Positions 63,920 to 64,000 of a DNA stretch of 64,000 bases are shown one piece after another. Position 1 is the first letter of the stretch; each line of letters opens with the position of its first letter. Origin of the DNA: Octopus sinensis (taxonomy: Eukaryota); the NCBI RefSeq assembly GCF_006345805.1, contig NC_043000.1, forward strand, positions 34,844,001 to 34,908,000. The letters run 5' to 3'. The notes under the pieces were generated by a model, which was not told the DNA's origin, searched no databases, and saw only the letters and a list, made by a program, of their open reading frames with translations. The translations under genes were made by a program, and so were the position numbers.

Positions 63920-64000
63920 GTAATAGATGCCAGTGGCATGTAAAATATACCTTTTGAACGTTGGGCCTCTTGGAGGCAATGACGGATGACCGAGACCGTT

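Noticed and set aside
63152-63957. Longest ORFs (255, 183, 167 aa)
   Set aside because: Products of the 66-bp RTE array and (TA)n/(TG)n tracts; YI/CV dipeptide repeats, not genes. The same applies to ORFs at 56793-57156, 60736-61200 and 47115-47611.

Overview
AT-rich, repeat-dense animal DNA, mostly intronic or intergenic. The SINE and LINE families look like those of Octopus; this is recognition from memory, not a database search. Nearly all listed ORFs come from microsatellites or transposon relics. Supported mobile elements: many copies of at least three tRNA-headed SINE families, about 20 5'-truncated RTE LINE 3' ends with (GAT)n tails, and a longer RTE ORF2 relic with a PHD-type zinc finger. 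There are also an R4/Dong-like RT relic, a CR1/L2-like 3' relic, a Tc1/mariner C-terminal relic and a TTAA-flanked piggyBac-type MITE. No complete gene can be assembled by eye. The best exon candidates are a 184-nt plus-strand exon with a Kelch-like motif (53910-54093), a 99-nt plus-strand exon (30870-30968) and a phase-compatible three-exon minus-strand chain (9715 to 490). The most unusual items are: (1) a tRNA-headed Pol III unit carrying a Penelope-type minimal hammerhead ribozyme (1569-1905, minus); (2) an 84-bp inverted repeat, 82/84 identical, around an old RTE tail; (3) a 58-bp-arm hairpin holding a degenerate hammerhead; (4) a 1.1-kb tandem duplication whose copies differ only in microsatellite length. 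Repeat boundaries are approximate. Exon calls rest only on splice signals and open frames and need RNA-seq or homology support.
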